Shown in pieces: positions 50,607 through 62,491 of a stretch of DNA of 64,000 bases; position 1 is the stretch's first letter; every line of letters begins with the position of its first letter. The stretch covers positions 8,639,352-8,703,351 of the forward strand of contig MU053934.1 in assembly GCA_013239625.1 (NCBI GenBank), written 5' to 3'. The translations under genes were made by a program, and so were the position numbers. Under the pieces are notes generated by a model that saw nothing but the letters and a program-made list of their open reading frames with translations, was not told where the DNA came from and made no database searches. The stretch is from Lama guanicoe (taxonomy: Eukaryota).

Positions 50607-51177
50607 AACTCTGCACAAAGTGGGGCTGTCACACTGCAGCTTAAGAAACTCCCCAGCGTTCACCTGGGATGCATTTATCGCCGCCGAGACGCATTAATCA
50701 CAGAGAAGAGTGGGTATCACTGATTGTAGGAGATGCTGCTTGTCACTTTGTAACTTGCAGCTCACATTAAATTCTGGATCACAGTCTCTAATGTGTATAT
50801 ATTTTAATTGCATTTTCAAGTTCATTTACATGTGCAGATTGGCTTTCCGCCTGAGTGACATCAAAGAGAAATGCGTCTCCCTCCCTTCCTCTCTCCCCTG
50901 CCCCATCCCTGTCTCGTTCTCTTTCCTGGGGCAAAAAGCTTCTCCCCAAATTGATTACAGCATCACCCATGGATGTCCTGCTGGGGCCCCCCAGGGAAGC
51001 CCCAGCAGAACCCCATCTGCCATTTCAAGTACCTTTCTGCTGCCTCCGCTCCAGGGACCCAAAGGCAGCCACTATTCTCCCTAAAGGTGACCCCGCCTGT
51101 TACCACCTTTCATCACCTTTTCTACTTGGAGGGTGACTTTGCCAGATCTGACAGATGCTTTCTTGCTTGTGAAGGTG

Positions 51178-51335
51178 GAGGGTATGGCCTCTGCCTATAC
51201 ACGCCCACACCCGCCTTCACCCCCAGTGTAGACTCCGAAGCAAAAACATGTGCAGAGAGGGTATGGCCTCTGCCTATACACGCCCACACCCGCCTTCACC
51301 CCCAGTGTAGACTCCGAAGCAGAAACATGTGCAGA
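51178..51335. repeat. 79-bp tandem duplication, 2 copies
   Basis: Copies start at 51178 and 51257 and differ at one position (aaaaac vs agaaac). Confidence 0.9.
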
Positions 51336-51661
51336 GGGTCCCAGTGGTAAGCAGGCCCCAGACACTCATCTTTCAGAAAGTTACCTGCACCTGGAGATCG
51401 AGTCAATTTGATTCAGTAAGTTTCATAAAACGGACAGTTCCAGAACACACTCACTGGTCCCGCCAGAGCTGCCTCCCCAACCACTGTGAATTGGAAGCCA
51501 ATGACTCTGACAGTCGGACTACATTCTGAAAACCTCTGGGGTGGTGCCGCCAGCTGCTGCTGTCGGTACAAGGGCATCGTGATATAGTGTGCGGGACCCC
51601 AGCACATCTTGCACAGGGGCCACCCCGCGGGCAAGCAGCTCCTGAAAGAAAACACCAGTGA

Positions 51662-51790
51662 ACAGAATGGAAAAGAATCTAAAAACACGTGTATATACAC
51701 GTATGTATGTGTATAACTGAATCACTTTGCTGTACACCTGAAACTAACACTGTAAATCAACTACACTTCAATAAGAGATGAAAAGAAAAG
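51662..51790 (+). mobile_element. Short L1 3' terminus
   Basis: aatggaaaagaatct...ataactgaatcactttgctgtacacctgaaactaacac...tacacttcaata plus an A-rich tail. cagtgaac occurs on both sides. Confidence 0.75.
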
Positions 51791-54324
51791 AGAACAGTGA
51801 ACGGGACTGAATGGCTTAAACAACAGGCATCCTGCACAGCTGCGCGGGGGTCGGGAAGACCGGGGCCCCGGGGCCCGGGGGCCTGGGGCCACCCCTCCCC
51901 ACTCAGGGATGCAATTCCAGCTGTGAGGAGGGGGCCTGGGCAGGCGCCCTGCAGGGACCCCTGGCCTCCACATCCTGCGCTTTACGCCCTCAGGCCAAGT
52001 CTGGGGGACTTGTGCCCTCAACTTCCACCAAAGTCCACTTTCTAGCTGTGGACACACCAGTCCGTGGAGACAAAAGCAACCTGGGGTTTCTACCCCGACA
52101 GAAAGCCACCGCGGCCTGTCTTCTCCTCCACGGCAGCAGTGCCCCTGGGGCGCCGCCTGCGTCCTGCTTCCTGAATCACTGGCAATAAGGTTACATTGAC
52201 AACAGCCCCCCTCTAACGCAGCTGCCCCGCGCTGCGCCGGGAATTCCACCCGGCACGCGCGACACGAGCGACGCGCGTCCTCGCGGAGCCTCGGGACAGC
52301 CCTGCCCGGGAAGCAGCACTAGCCCCGCTCTGACTCAAGGACCCGGACAACCTGCCCTCGCATCTCACTCGGGGGCTGGGGAGCTGCACACCTCTGAACA
52401 AAAACAGAAAAATCCCCCACAGATGGACTTCTTTCTGCTGCGCTTTAACAAGCCCAACACAGGTGCTAAGGAGGAAAGAATTAGGGGAAAATACAAAAGC
52501 AAAGTGCAGCCCATCCGAGACCGTGGGGGACGCCCACCAGCAGCGGTCAGAGGCCATCACCAGAACGAAGCTGTGTCTCACCACACTCGGGAAACTACTA
52601 CCAAACGGTAAGTTAAAGACCAGAGGGAAAAAAATTAAGTTAAGGAAGCACGTTTGCTCCTCTGGAGAACAGAAGCCGCCTCCAAACGAGCAGACGCCTC
52701 CACCTTAAGGTATAAACCAACTACAGTGGTAATAATCAAAGGACAAGCCGAGGCGGAGGAGCTCAGGCGAGGCAGCCCCGACGGAGCAGAGGCTGCAGGA
52801 GCATTCGCTTCCAGGTCAGTCCAAGCCTCCCCCGGCCCCACCCCCGTGACAGACGCAGAGGCTGGGTGCAGACCAGGCTCCCTCCAAAATCCTGCCATCT
52901 TCTACTGGAGCAAAGAACTCCCACTCACCATGAACGGCTGCTCGTTTGCTGGTGGTTCTGATGCGCTAACTCCATTTCCTTCTATCGGAGCACGTGCCCT
53001 GGACTTAGATGACACACCCAACTATGCAGACATGTGACACAGTGTGTTGTCACGTCTCCCCAACGTGCGCCAGCACAGGGGCTGAGGTCTGGGAGCCACT
53101 ATGGCCCAGAACTGGACCGCAGCTCCTCCAATCGCCAGCTGTGTGCCGCCAGCAAGCCACTCAGCCTCTCTGGGCTTCAGCCTCCTCTCAGTTAAAATGG
53201 AAACTAAGAGCAGGCCTTCCCCAAACGGCGGTGTGCATAGTGACTGAGCTGGTCCACGGAGAGCACAAGAAGGGGCCTGGTCGGCAGCAGAGGGGACAGC
53301 GGTGACCTGTGATGCCCAGGTCCCTCTTGCTGAGGACCTACCAGGGGCCCGGGGATCCACGGACCTCACTTAACCCTCCTGGCGCCGTTTCCTGAGCGCC
53401 TCCCACCCACGGCGCTCTGCTGTCTGACGTTTGATGCCTGTTCCTCCCATCTCCCAGCCCGGGGAGCGGGGAGCCGGGTTTACCACGCCAGTCTGTCCAG
53501 TTTTAAAGCCTGTGCTTAGCCTCTTTCTCACGTTCCTCTCGGAGACAGGAGTTAAAAGCCTTCTCAGTGGCACTCCTCTGCAAGGAAAGTCACACCCAGA
53601 GTCCCAGCTCCTTGAAAGCTGTAAATTCCCAACAGTGCGGGGAAGACAGCAGGGGCTTCACCCTTCCTCCAGAAAACCGCCTCTCCCCCAGAGTCCTCCT
53701 GCGTCTGAGGCAAGAGCCTTGGAGGACGGGCCAACAGACACCTCCAGAGGGGCTCCCTCCAGCCCCTCCGTGTGTGACCGGGGGTTCCCGAGACGCCGCT
53801 CCTCGGGCAGGAACGCCACCAGCTCAGGCCCCGAGACGGGCTCCAGCACCGGCAGGCGGACCAGACAGCGGCCACGTTCAGCACCACCGCCCACAAGTGG
53901 AGTGAAAAACCACAGCGAGCCCACAACTCGGTTCCTGAACAGACAAAGGCACTGGAGGAAAAACTTGCTAAATCACGGGGCTAATCGTCATAGCCAGCGG
54001 CTCTAATGAGGCGTCCTGGGATTACCAAAGTTATTATCAGAGTCGTCTCACTGAAAAAATTCAAAGTTAATTGAAATCAGTTGTACAGTTGCGACAGCAG
54101 GTGTTTTAAGAGGCTAACATATCAAAGCCAACTCCGTGGACAGGGAGAGGAGGCAGCACGGTTCCCAACAACCAGAAGTGACAAGCAACGCCACCCGAAG
54201 GGAGACAAGCCACAGGGCAAAGGCTCCAAGACTGTCCCCCCCACCCCACCCCCGGTGTAGGGCGGGCCTCTCCCGGGGTCACCATGCAGCGCACACACCC
54301 TCTTCAAATCAGCCCCTTTGCTCT

Positions 54325-54520
54325 GCTTGGTACTTTACACGCACTTTCTCATCTATTATCTGATTTCACCTCTGTAACTCCATGAGGTAGTTTTTACTAT
54401 TGCACCCGCTTTACAGATAGGAAACAGAGCTCAAGGAAGCAAAGTGGCTTGCCCGAGGCTACTCAGTGGGAGGTAGCGAGCCGGGATAAGACTTTAGGGC
54501 CCCTGCTCTCTGGGCTAGAG
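54325..54520 (-). mobile_element. MIR SINE
   Basis: ttacagataggaaacagagctca...gtggcttgcccgaggc is an antisense MIR core. Confidence 0.6.
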
Positions 54521-55524
54521 GCGAGAGCACCCTCCCGGTGGTCCCGAGCTGTCTGACCTTGGGAAACTGCCTTTCCCTGACCTTTCTCTTCCCACAGGGA
54601 AGATTCACCTGCCCAGCCTGACCCAAGTCATGAGATTACTCTGACAATGAAATAAAAAGACACCCATCAGAGACATGCTGCAACACAGGGCATCGGTGCT
54701 GCAGACAGCCAGCATGTCGTGTGTGCGATCTGTCTCTCTGCTTCTCTCCAGGTGCAAAGGTCACTCCTCAGAAGGACCCCAGGCACCTCGTCACAGCACA
54801 TCACCCCGTCTCCTGCCAGGCGAGCCTGCCAGTGAAACATTGCGTGCAGACACCTCACTGGATTAGGTAACTGTGGATACAACTCCCTTCCCAACTACAT
54901 GTGGAACTTTCTGCAGGCAGAGACCAAGTGAAAGCATTTTGTAAGTGTAAAGCCTTATAAACGAGATGTCGCTATCACCAAGAGCAGCACATCACCCACC
55001 TTCACCTCCACAGCCCCACACCAGGCAGGAGCTCATTGAATGTTTGTGGAATTAAACTGAGTTGTTTCCAAGAATACAATGTCCAGTTTAGGAAAAGCAT
55101 GCTTATTAGTGTATCCACCAAGCATGCTTATCCATGTTATAAATGCTCGTGTGCACAGGACACACCCTGTGAACACACCTCAGAACCACGTGCCGGGATG
55201 AGCAGTGAGAGGGGCTCACGCTTCATGACTTTCACGGCTGTGCTAGGAATTTTTTCTCCAACGAGCATGCACTGCTTTTACAATAAAAACTTTGTTACGG
55301 GTGGAATTCTCCCTTATCTCCTCAGTGTTACAGGAATAATAGGAAGAGTATTAATCACCGCCTTCCTCGGGAAGATTTCACTTTAGCAGGAGGATGGCAA
55401 TTCTTTTTCTTACTTCAACAAATCCTTCCTCTCATTTTAGAAATATAATCCTGGACAAGGTATCAACTGCCTTGATATACGGTGCGTAGACTTCATGCGT
55501 ATTTATCAGCATACGTCAATACAC

Positions 55525-55735
55525 AACTGACCCTCGAACAGCGTGGGTCTGAACTGCACGGGTCCACTTCCACACGGAGGTTTTCCGTAGTCAGCACAAG
55601 AGCAGCTCGTGATCCGCGGCTGGCCGACCGCGGATTCGGAGGACCTGCCTGACGTGGAGGGAGGTCCAGCTACGAGTTACACGGCGTCTGCACGGAGGGT
55701 CACCTCCCCTAACTCCCACGTGGTTCAAGGGTCAA
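55525..55735. mobile_element. Tigger2a-like MITE with terminal inverted repeats
   Basis: Left end tgaccctcgaac...tgaactgcacgggtccactt; right end gttcaagggtca is its inverted counterpart. Confidence 0.7.
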
Positions 55736-56899
55736 GGGCACCCACCGTTTGTTATCATACACTTCATGAACAGTTGAAATAAAATCAATTGTAAGAACGT
55801 AAACGACAAATGTAGATATGTACATATGTACACATACACTCTCTTAAATCAACGGAGCAAAGTTGCCCACTGAGTCATCTTTTGAGGCTTCCGGAAGTGT
55901 CCCCCACTAATTCCTCAGCCCCAAGCAGCTCTGGGGAAGGCAGGAGTGGGGGGTCACACACAGCCCCTGCCCTCACCAGTCTGTTAGGTATCGGCCCCCT
56001 GGAGCACTGGGTCCAGCAGCCCCCCGCCCACATCGTGCACGGTGCCCTCCTCCCTGCAACAGCCTCCCCAGTAGGTGACAGGCATCGAGGAGCTCACATG
56101 GCCGGGCCGAGCAGCCAGCGAGCTCAGGCCCCCCTCACTCTCCTCCCTTCTCATCTGCCCTCAGCTCCAGAGCCCCGGAAGCCCCAGGCCGTTTCTGAGC
56201 CCTCTGCACAAACCCTGGCCCTTCCTTGCTCTGGCTCCTAGAGGACCCCTGTCCCGTCTCCCCCAGGAAACTGTCTGCCACCTCCAGGGGCCCACACAGC
56301 ATAGCTGTCACACAACTTTCCTGGAATCTCCTTGACATGTGGCCATCTACACCTCACTCTCCTGTGAGGTTTCCAAGAACAGGGAGCTGCTTTTGGAATT
56401 GAGCTCTGTGTCTGCTCAATTCACATGCATAATTTTAAAAATCTGTTCATTGTAAGCCTGTGGCAAAGGACGACACCAGGGACTCGTCTAGGACCGTCCT
56501 GCACATCATGGCTAACCCGCACACTCACCATGCTGCAGTCACCTTCTGCTCAGCAAGGATGCATTCAGCCTGGACAGGGCAGGGCTCTCAGAACCCGACG
56601 GGGGAAGGGAGCAGAGCAACGCGGCCCTGCCCTTCAAGGAGCGCACAGTCCAGCAGAGACAGCGGACTTCTACGAAAAGGTGAGGCCAGCTGGTGGTCAG
56701 CGGTCTCCAGGGCAGGAGCATGTTCGCGGCACCGGAGGGCCTGCAGGAGAGCAGCCGAGGAGCTCACTGTCGGGGGCAGCGCCACCCCTGCAGAGAGTGG
56801 TGGAAAACCACCAGAAGGTCTCAAGCAAGGGAGCGCCGTGACCTCATTCAAGTGTTCAGACTCTTACTCTGGTGGGGAATGTACCAGAGGGGGCAAGAG

Positions 56900-57345
56900 G
56901 AGATGCAGTTCACTGTTCACAAGAGGCAAACGGTGGAAACAACCCAAGTGTCCATCAGCTGGTGAAGGGGCGTTCAGACATGAGCAATCAAGTACCGACC
57001 TGCACTACAACTTGGAGGAACCTTGAAACCTTATGCTAAGTGGAAGAAGCCTGTCATATAAGACCACATATGACATGATTCCAGTCACGTGAAAGTTCAG
57101 AATGGTAACTCTACAGAGACAGAAAGTAGATTTATGGAGACAGAAAGTAGATTAGTGGTGGCTTAGGGCCTGGAGGGAGAAGGGGATGAGACCCAAAGGG
57201 TTTTTGAGATGATGAAAATATTCTAAAATTGATGGTGGTGACACTTGCAAATATTGGTGCACATACAAAAAATATTAAACTGTACACTTTACATGGGTGA
57301 ATTATGTGATATATGAATTATATTTCAATAAAGCTGTTTTTTAAA
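56900..57345 (+). mobile_element. L1MB-type 3' end
   Basis: ggaaacaacccaagtgtccatca...atgctaagtggaagaagcc...gatgaaaatattctaaaattg...tttcaataaagctg. Confidence 0.8.
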
Positions 57346-58018
57346 GTGGCTGCAGGGAGGAGGCTACTGTAATCTTTCAGCTAAGAGACGATGGTAGGAG
57401 GGACCTGAGGGGCAGACAGAGGGAGGGGAAGAGGGGCCCCAGGAACACGGCTCAGGTAAAAGTGTGGGTCTGGGAGACTCTGGCTGGACGACGGGGAGTG
57501 AGGGGTCAAGGCCGAGCAGGTGACAGCGGGCACAGCCAGGACTGTGCCTCTGCTGTCTCAACCCCAAGCTCTTTTCCAGAACATGAGCCATGGAGCTTTG
57601 AGAAGCAGCACTTGCTTTCTCTTTCACGTGTAATGGTGGTGCTTTAAAAGTGAGAACTTGAACTTCAGGTCAGGAAGATTAAAATTTTCCCTCCTGATCG
57701 AGAGCAGGCTTGGGGGGAGAGCTCGGAAAATGGAACACCCTCTCAACCGAAGGACCGAGACAACTGGGGAGCTTCCAGGATAAATCCACCCTGCGGTTTT
57801 GTTTGGTGGATACTTCCACCATGGAATCCCTCTGGTGGCCAACGTAGCTAGTGAATCACAGTGAAGACATGATTCAGCGCCTGGGTGACTGTCACATTCA
57901 TAATACCTTTCAAGATGACATATTTTTATTGCTGCACTTGAGGACAGCCCTTCGGAATCCAGAGTCCATCAAATCAACAGATTGAGCAGCACGCAAGGCC
58001 CCAGGTTCACTCTAGGGC

Positions 58019-58042
58019 GTGTGTGTGTGTGTGTGTGTGTGT
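58019..58042. repeat. (GT)n microsatellite
   Basis: Perfect gtgtgt run. Confidence 0.9.
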
Positions 58043-60595
58043 CTTCCACACATCAGCGTGGCCTGCAGCTCTCACATAAGGCTCTTCTCACTCTATGGTG
58101 AAGTGAACTCGCCTGAAGTTCAGGTCTGAAGATGCCCGCTTCACATGGCATCTGAATGTTGTCGTGAGAAATCCAAAGAGGGAGGCAAAAACCGTTCAGT
58201 ATTTATGATGGGCCTGCTATTCACATGGCAGTGCTTGTTGCTTGACAATTTAGATAAAAATGTTACTGCCTCTCTGCATGTGCTGCAAATTCATGGCCTA
58301 AAACCACTGGAGCAACTAATGGAGTCTTCACACATCATATCTTGTTTAAGACGAGGGGGTCCATCCTCCACTGAGATCACAACCCAGTGGTGAGGTGCTG
58401 TCACATCTGAGAATGCAGCCTGGCCACGGTGGGCTGGGCCACAACGCAGCTCTGACCAACTGCCCCATATCTCCCTTTTTATTTTTTTAAGGAAAAAATA
58501 TAAACTCTGTTTCTGCATAGCAAGGTCCTATAGAAGCTGGTTTCCAGTTTATCCCCTAGGCCACCAACAGTGGGAGAAACTCCGGCCAGTTACACAGTTT
58601 GTGTCTCTCTGCGTCTGACCAACAAACAGCCTATCTACTTCTAGCGTCCTTGATGAGCGTCTTTAAGCACTTGTCCATGTTTCTAGAAGTAACTAAAAAC
58701 ATTCCAGTGCCAAGGGCACATATGGGAGATTGATGGCAGGGCAGCAAAAGATATTAACTCACTGCTATTGTATGTCTAACAAATGTGGATGATGGGGTCA
58801 TCCGTTCATTTTACTACAGCTCATCATCCACATGTGCACTTTTAATTGAAACTTGACCTTTCCATCCCATATTCCAAGTGGGAGCAGCACAAAAACACAT
58901 CTCCAGAGGTGAAGATGGTGTTTCTCCCCAGGCAAGTCTCCAAAGGGACACTACCTTTACTTTTACATTGAGTTAAAAACAAACTCTGAAATACTGGCTC
59001 CTTCATTCCTGACCCTACATTTCAGCTCCTCATAGGCAGGTGCTGGAGTGACAGAGCAGAGCCCACGGCTCCTCTTCAAGACCCTGAGGGCAGCCCCCAT
59101 CACCTCAGAGAGCTTACTCAGCGACCTTTCCCCAGCCAAGCTGCCAATCACCACCAAACTCTCCCAACGAGAGAGAGACAAGTAAATGTTAAGTCTACCC
59201 AACTCGTTTTATAGGTGACCTCTGGAAGATTTCACCGCAGAGCCTGGAAGAGACAGGGCTGCTTTATTAGCATGCTGCCTCACGGCCCCAGCCCCTCCCT
59301 CTCGCTTTTATGAGCCCTTGCTATATAAAATGCCACAAAGGGAAAAGGAGAAACAACACACTTACACTGGCAAACACTAGTTCCAACAGTCAGGACAAAC
59401 CCTGGCTGCTTACCAGATGTTATTTTCAGTCATTTAAAAGAAATATTTTTAAAGGCCAGAGAACAAAAGTTTTTGTTGTTTTCTTTCTTCTTAAACATAC
59501 ACTCACACACACAAAAAGATGGAGGTACATTCCGTTCACAAGCATCCTTCCCCGAGTTCAAATTTAAAGGCGAAGGCAGTCGGGAGTAGGGTAGTTCCTT
59601 CCCCAAGCGGCACCACAACCTTCAAGCACGATTTTCAAACGTTTCTCTCTTCAGCCTCATCTAAATTCAGGCATGACAGATAATAAATAGCTACTCATTT
59701 ACTATCACCATAAAAATTTAAACAGCCTTGAAATAGTTGCTAAAATACAGAAATGATCAAACCTAAGCTCCGAAAAGCCACTCCAAATAGTAAAACTATT
59801 GCCACGAAGAAGCACACATAAAGAGACATTGTTGCGATAAAAGCTGCTGGATTATTGGATTTTCTCGCTCTCTCTTTTAAATCTTCTACTCGGAGCGTAA
59901 GAGTCAACAACTTGCCGTTTTACCCGATGAAAAAAGGGCTTAGTAACCCTCAGCTATAACACTGTACCAGATTTGGTGGTGGATTTTTTCCTTTTTAAAG
60001 AAAGTACCTGATTCGATTCTACACAGTGATTAAACATCTTTGTGCTCAGCGGAGAAGGGTCTTCCAACCCCTCCCCCTCCAAAAATGGCATCAAAGCAAT
60101 CAAAATGGTAATGCCGGGCCTGGGTCCCCTCCCCCCGCGAACTCCCCGACTTCGCCGGGGCCGCGCGCCGGGCCCCCCTCCGGCGGGAATGGAAGCTTCC
60201 ACTCCTGGACGGGGGCGCGGGCCGGGCGGGCGCGCGCGGCCGGGGAGGGGGCCGCGGCACCGCCAGAAAGGGGTTAATAAGCATTCGCCCCAACCCTCCC
60301 GTCCAGCCGGGCACCCCCGACCAGGCGCAGACCCGCGGGAACAGCCATCTTTCTTTCCGTAACCCCCGGCCCCCTCCTCTTTCGCACACCCCCTCCCACC
60401 ACTTTTCAACTTTAAAGACTCGAAATGAACACCCGGCCTCCGAGTTCTCCCTCGCCAGGTTCGCCGCCATCCCCTCCAGTCTCGTCCACATCTCTCCCCG
60501 CAACGACATTCCCTCGGGAGAGGGGGCTTCTGATCAGGCCGGGGCGGCCCGGAGTTGGAGGAGGAAGGGGACAGGTGGGCAGCCCGGGCGGGGGC

Positions 60596-60792
60596 NNNNN
60601 NNNNNNNNNNNNNNNNNNNNNNNNNNNNNNNNNNNNNNNNNNNNNNNNNNNNNNNNNNNNNNNNNNNNNNNNNNNNNNNNNNNNNNNNNNNNNNNNNNNN
60701 NNNNNNNNNNNNNNNNNNNNNNNNNNNNNNNNNNNNNNNNNNNNNNNNNNNNNNNNNNNNNNNNNNNNNNNNNNNNNNNNNNNNNNNNNNNN
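60596..60792. other. Assembly gap (197 N) inside the CpG island
   Basis: N run flanked by G-rich sequence. Confidence 0.99.
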
Positions 60793-60867
60793 GGGGCGGA
60801 GGGGGAGGGGCGAGAGCGACAGGGAGGGAGGGGGCGGGGGCGCGCGGCCGGCCGCGCTCCGGCGGCG

Positions 60868-60888
60868 GCATCTGTTCGTGGTGCTGAA
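60868..60888 (-). promoter_or_regulatory. Near-canonical RE1 element
   Basis: Reverse complement TTCAGCACCACGAACAGATGC, 17/21 to consensus. Left half is perfect; one core G>A change in the right half. Confidence 0.6.
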
Positions 60889-61579
60889 ACCCCTACCGCT
60901 GAGCTCAGCGCAACTAAGTCACAATGGACAACTTTTCCTCGCCAAGGGGCCAGGAGGGGGTCTGCAGCAGAGCCCCCCACCGCGAGAAGCTTCTCGCGTG
61001 TCCCAGTCTAAACCTGACGCCCAGAGACCAAAGTTGGGGCAAAACTGGGGGGTCCTTGGGGCGCCTTTCTTTTGTTCCCAGGGAGCTGGCGTCAGGTTCC
61101 AAGAATAAAAGTGATGCTGGAGAAGTGGAGGGGAGGGGGGCCCGGAGGAACAATTCTTTAAATAAGATTTGCAACGGAACCTAGAAATCGCTTCCAAGTA
61201 GTTTGGTGTCCAGGCCCGAATTACCACTCCCTCTCCCCCCACCCTCATACCCGCGTGAAGCGGGGGACACTGAGCCGGGTGAAATTTCCACATTCCAAAA
61301 ACATGTCCACCAACTCAAAATGGACGCCGGGCTGCTCGCCGCCTTTTAAGTGCAGCTTCTCTCTTTCGGCCACTGCGGGAACCGCGCTCTACCCCCTCGG
61401 CCTCCAAGAACCCGGCTCTTTCTTTCCAGAAAAGGTAACTTTGAGGACTGGAGAGACTCTTTCCGCAGTCTGGGCGCGCGACGCCAAGGCCAGCACTTTT
61501 TAGGGTGCTGCCAAAGTGCCCGGCGACCCCTCCTCCCCACCCCGGGCCGGGGGCGGGGGGCAGGCTCCAGCTCGCTTAC

Positions 61580-61645
61580 TTGTTTGTCGCTGAGCGCGGC
61601 GATCCGCGTCTGCCTCTCGTGAAGCTGTTTCTTGAGGTCGCCGTT
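61580..61645 (-). CDS. PHF21B: PHF21B coding exon 2 (NGDLKKQLHERQTRIAALSDKQ)
   Basis: Acceptor GTGTTTCCGCAG|, 66 nt in frame, donor CAA|GTAAGC. The peptide is visible within ORF 61346..61657(-) and matches recalled PHF21B. Confidence 0.95.
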
Positions 61646-61814
61646 CTGCGGAAACACGGGGTAGCGGGCTCAGGCCGGCCGCCGCGGGGGTCAAGTTCGC
61701 CCGGAGCCCCACGGGCCGCAGCCCCCAGCCAGGGCCGCCGGCCGCGCGCCCCAAGTTCCCTGGGCCGCGTCCCGCACGCGCGGCGGCAGGGCAGTGCCGC
61801 GCGGGGCCGCTTAC

Positions 61815-61832
61815 CTGTGGCTGCCGCCTCAT
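61815..61832 (-). CDS. PHF21B: PHF21B alternative start exon (MRRQPQ), in frame with exon 2
   Basis: ATG AGG CGG CAG CCA CAG followed by a strong GTAAGC donor, phase 0, with 169 nt between it and exon 2. I recall a human isoform starting MRRQPQ but cannot verify it here. Confidence 0.75.
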
Positions 61833-62491
61833 CGGGGCAGCTCGCGGGGCGGGGCGGGGGCCGAGGCCACCCGGCGGCGCGCCCCGAGCCGTGCAAGTTT
61901 GCAGGCCGGGGTGCGTGTGCGAGTGAGTGTGAGTGTGTGCCGGGGGAGGGGGGAGGAACAAAGAGCCAAGTAAACACGGCGAGTCCGTGTCGAGCAAAGC
62001 TCATAAATATTCAAGTCGCGTCCTAATCTCCCCAACACACACACGTACAAGCCGCAATACCGCTCGGGCTCCGGCCGCCACGCCGCTGCTCGCCCGAGCA
62101 ACAATCGCCAAAACTACTTTTGCAAACTGTGCAGGATTGCACGGAGGGTGGGGGCTGGAGGGGGTCGGCGCACACGCTCTCACACGCACCCCGGGCAGGC
62201 TCACGAAGGGGACCCTTCCCGGTACCCTCGCCCTGCAGACCCCGCTCGAGAAAGAGAAGATGCCGGGCTCGGGTCCCACGGGCCTCCAACCCCTCAAACT
62301 GTGCAGGATTGCAGGACAAGGCGACAGAGGGGACGCCCAGAGAGGGGTCCGTGCATGTACATACTCCCCTCACCTCTGAGGCAGGCTCAAGGAAGGGCCC
62401 TCCAGCCCTGCAGACCCTGCGACGAGGAGGAGGACACCGGGCTCCGGTGCCTGGAACCGCAACCCCGGGCCCCCAGCCCCCGACCTCCTAC

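Larger units (their letters stand above)
1367..61579 (-). other. PHF21B: PHF21B intron 2 (60,213 bp, GT-AG)
   Basis: Bounded by the exon 2 donor GT (61579-61578) and the exon 3 acceptor AG (1368-1367). Exon 2 and exon 3 peptides are contiguous in the recalled protein. Confidence 0.9.

Noticed and set aside
50190..50723. Lys/Glu/Arg-rich and Phe/Leu/Ser-rich ORFs
   Set aside because: These are translations of the polypurine microsatellite.
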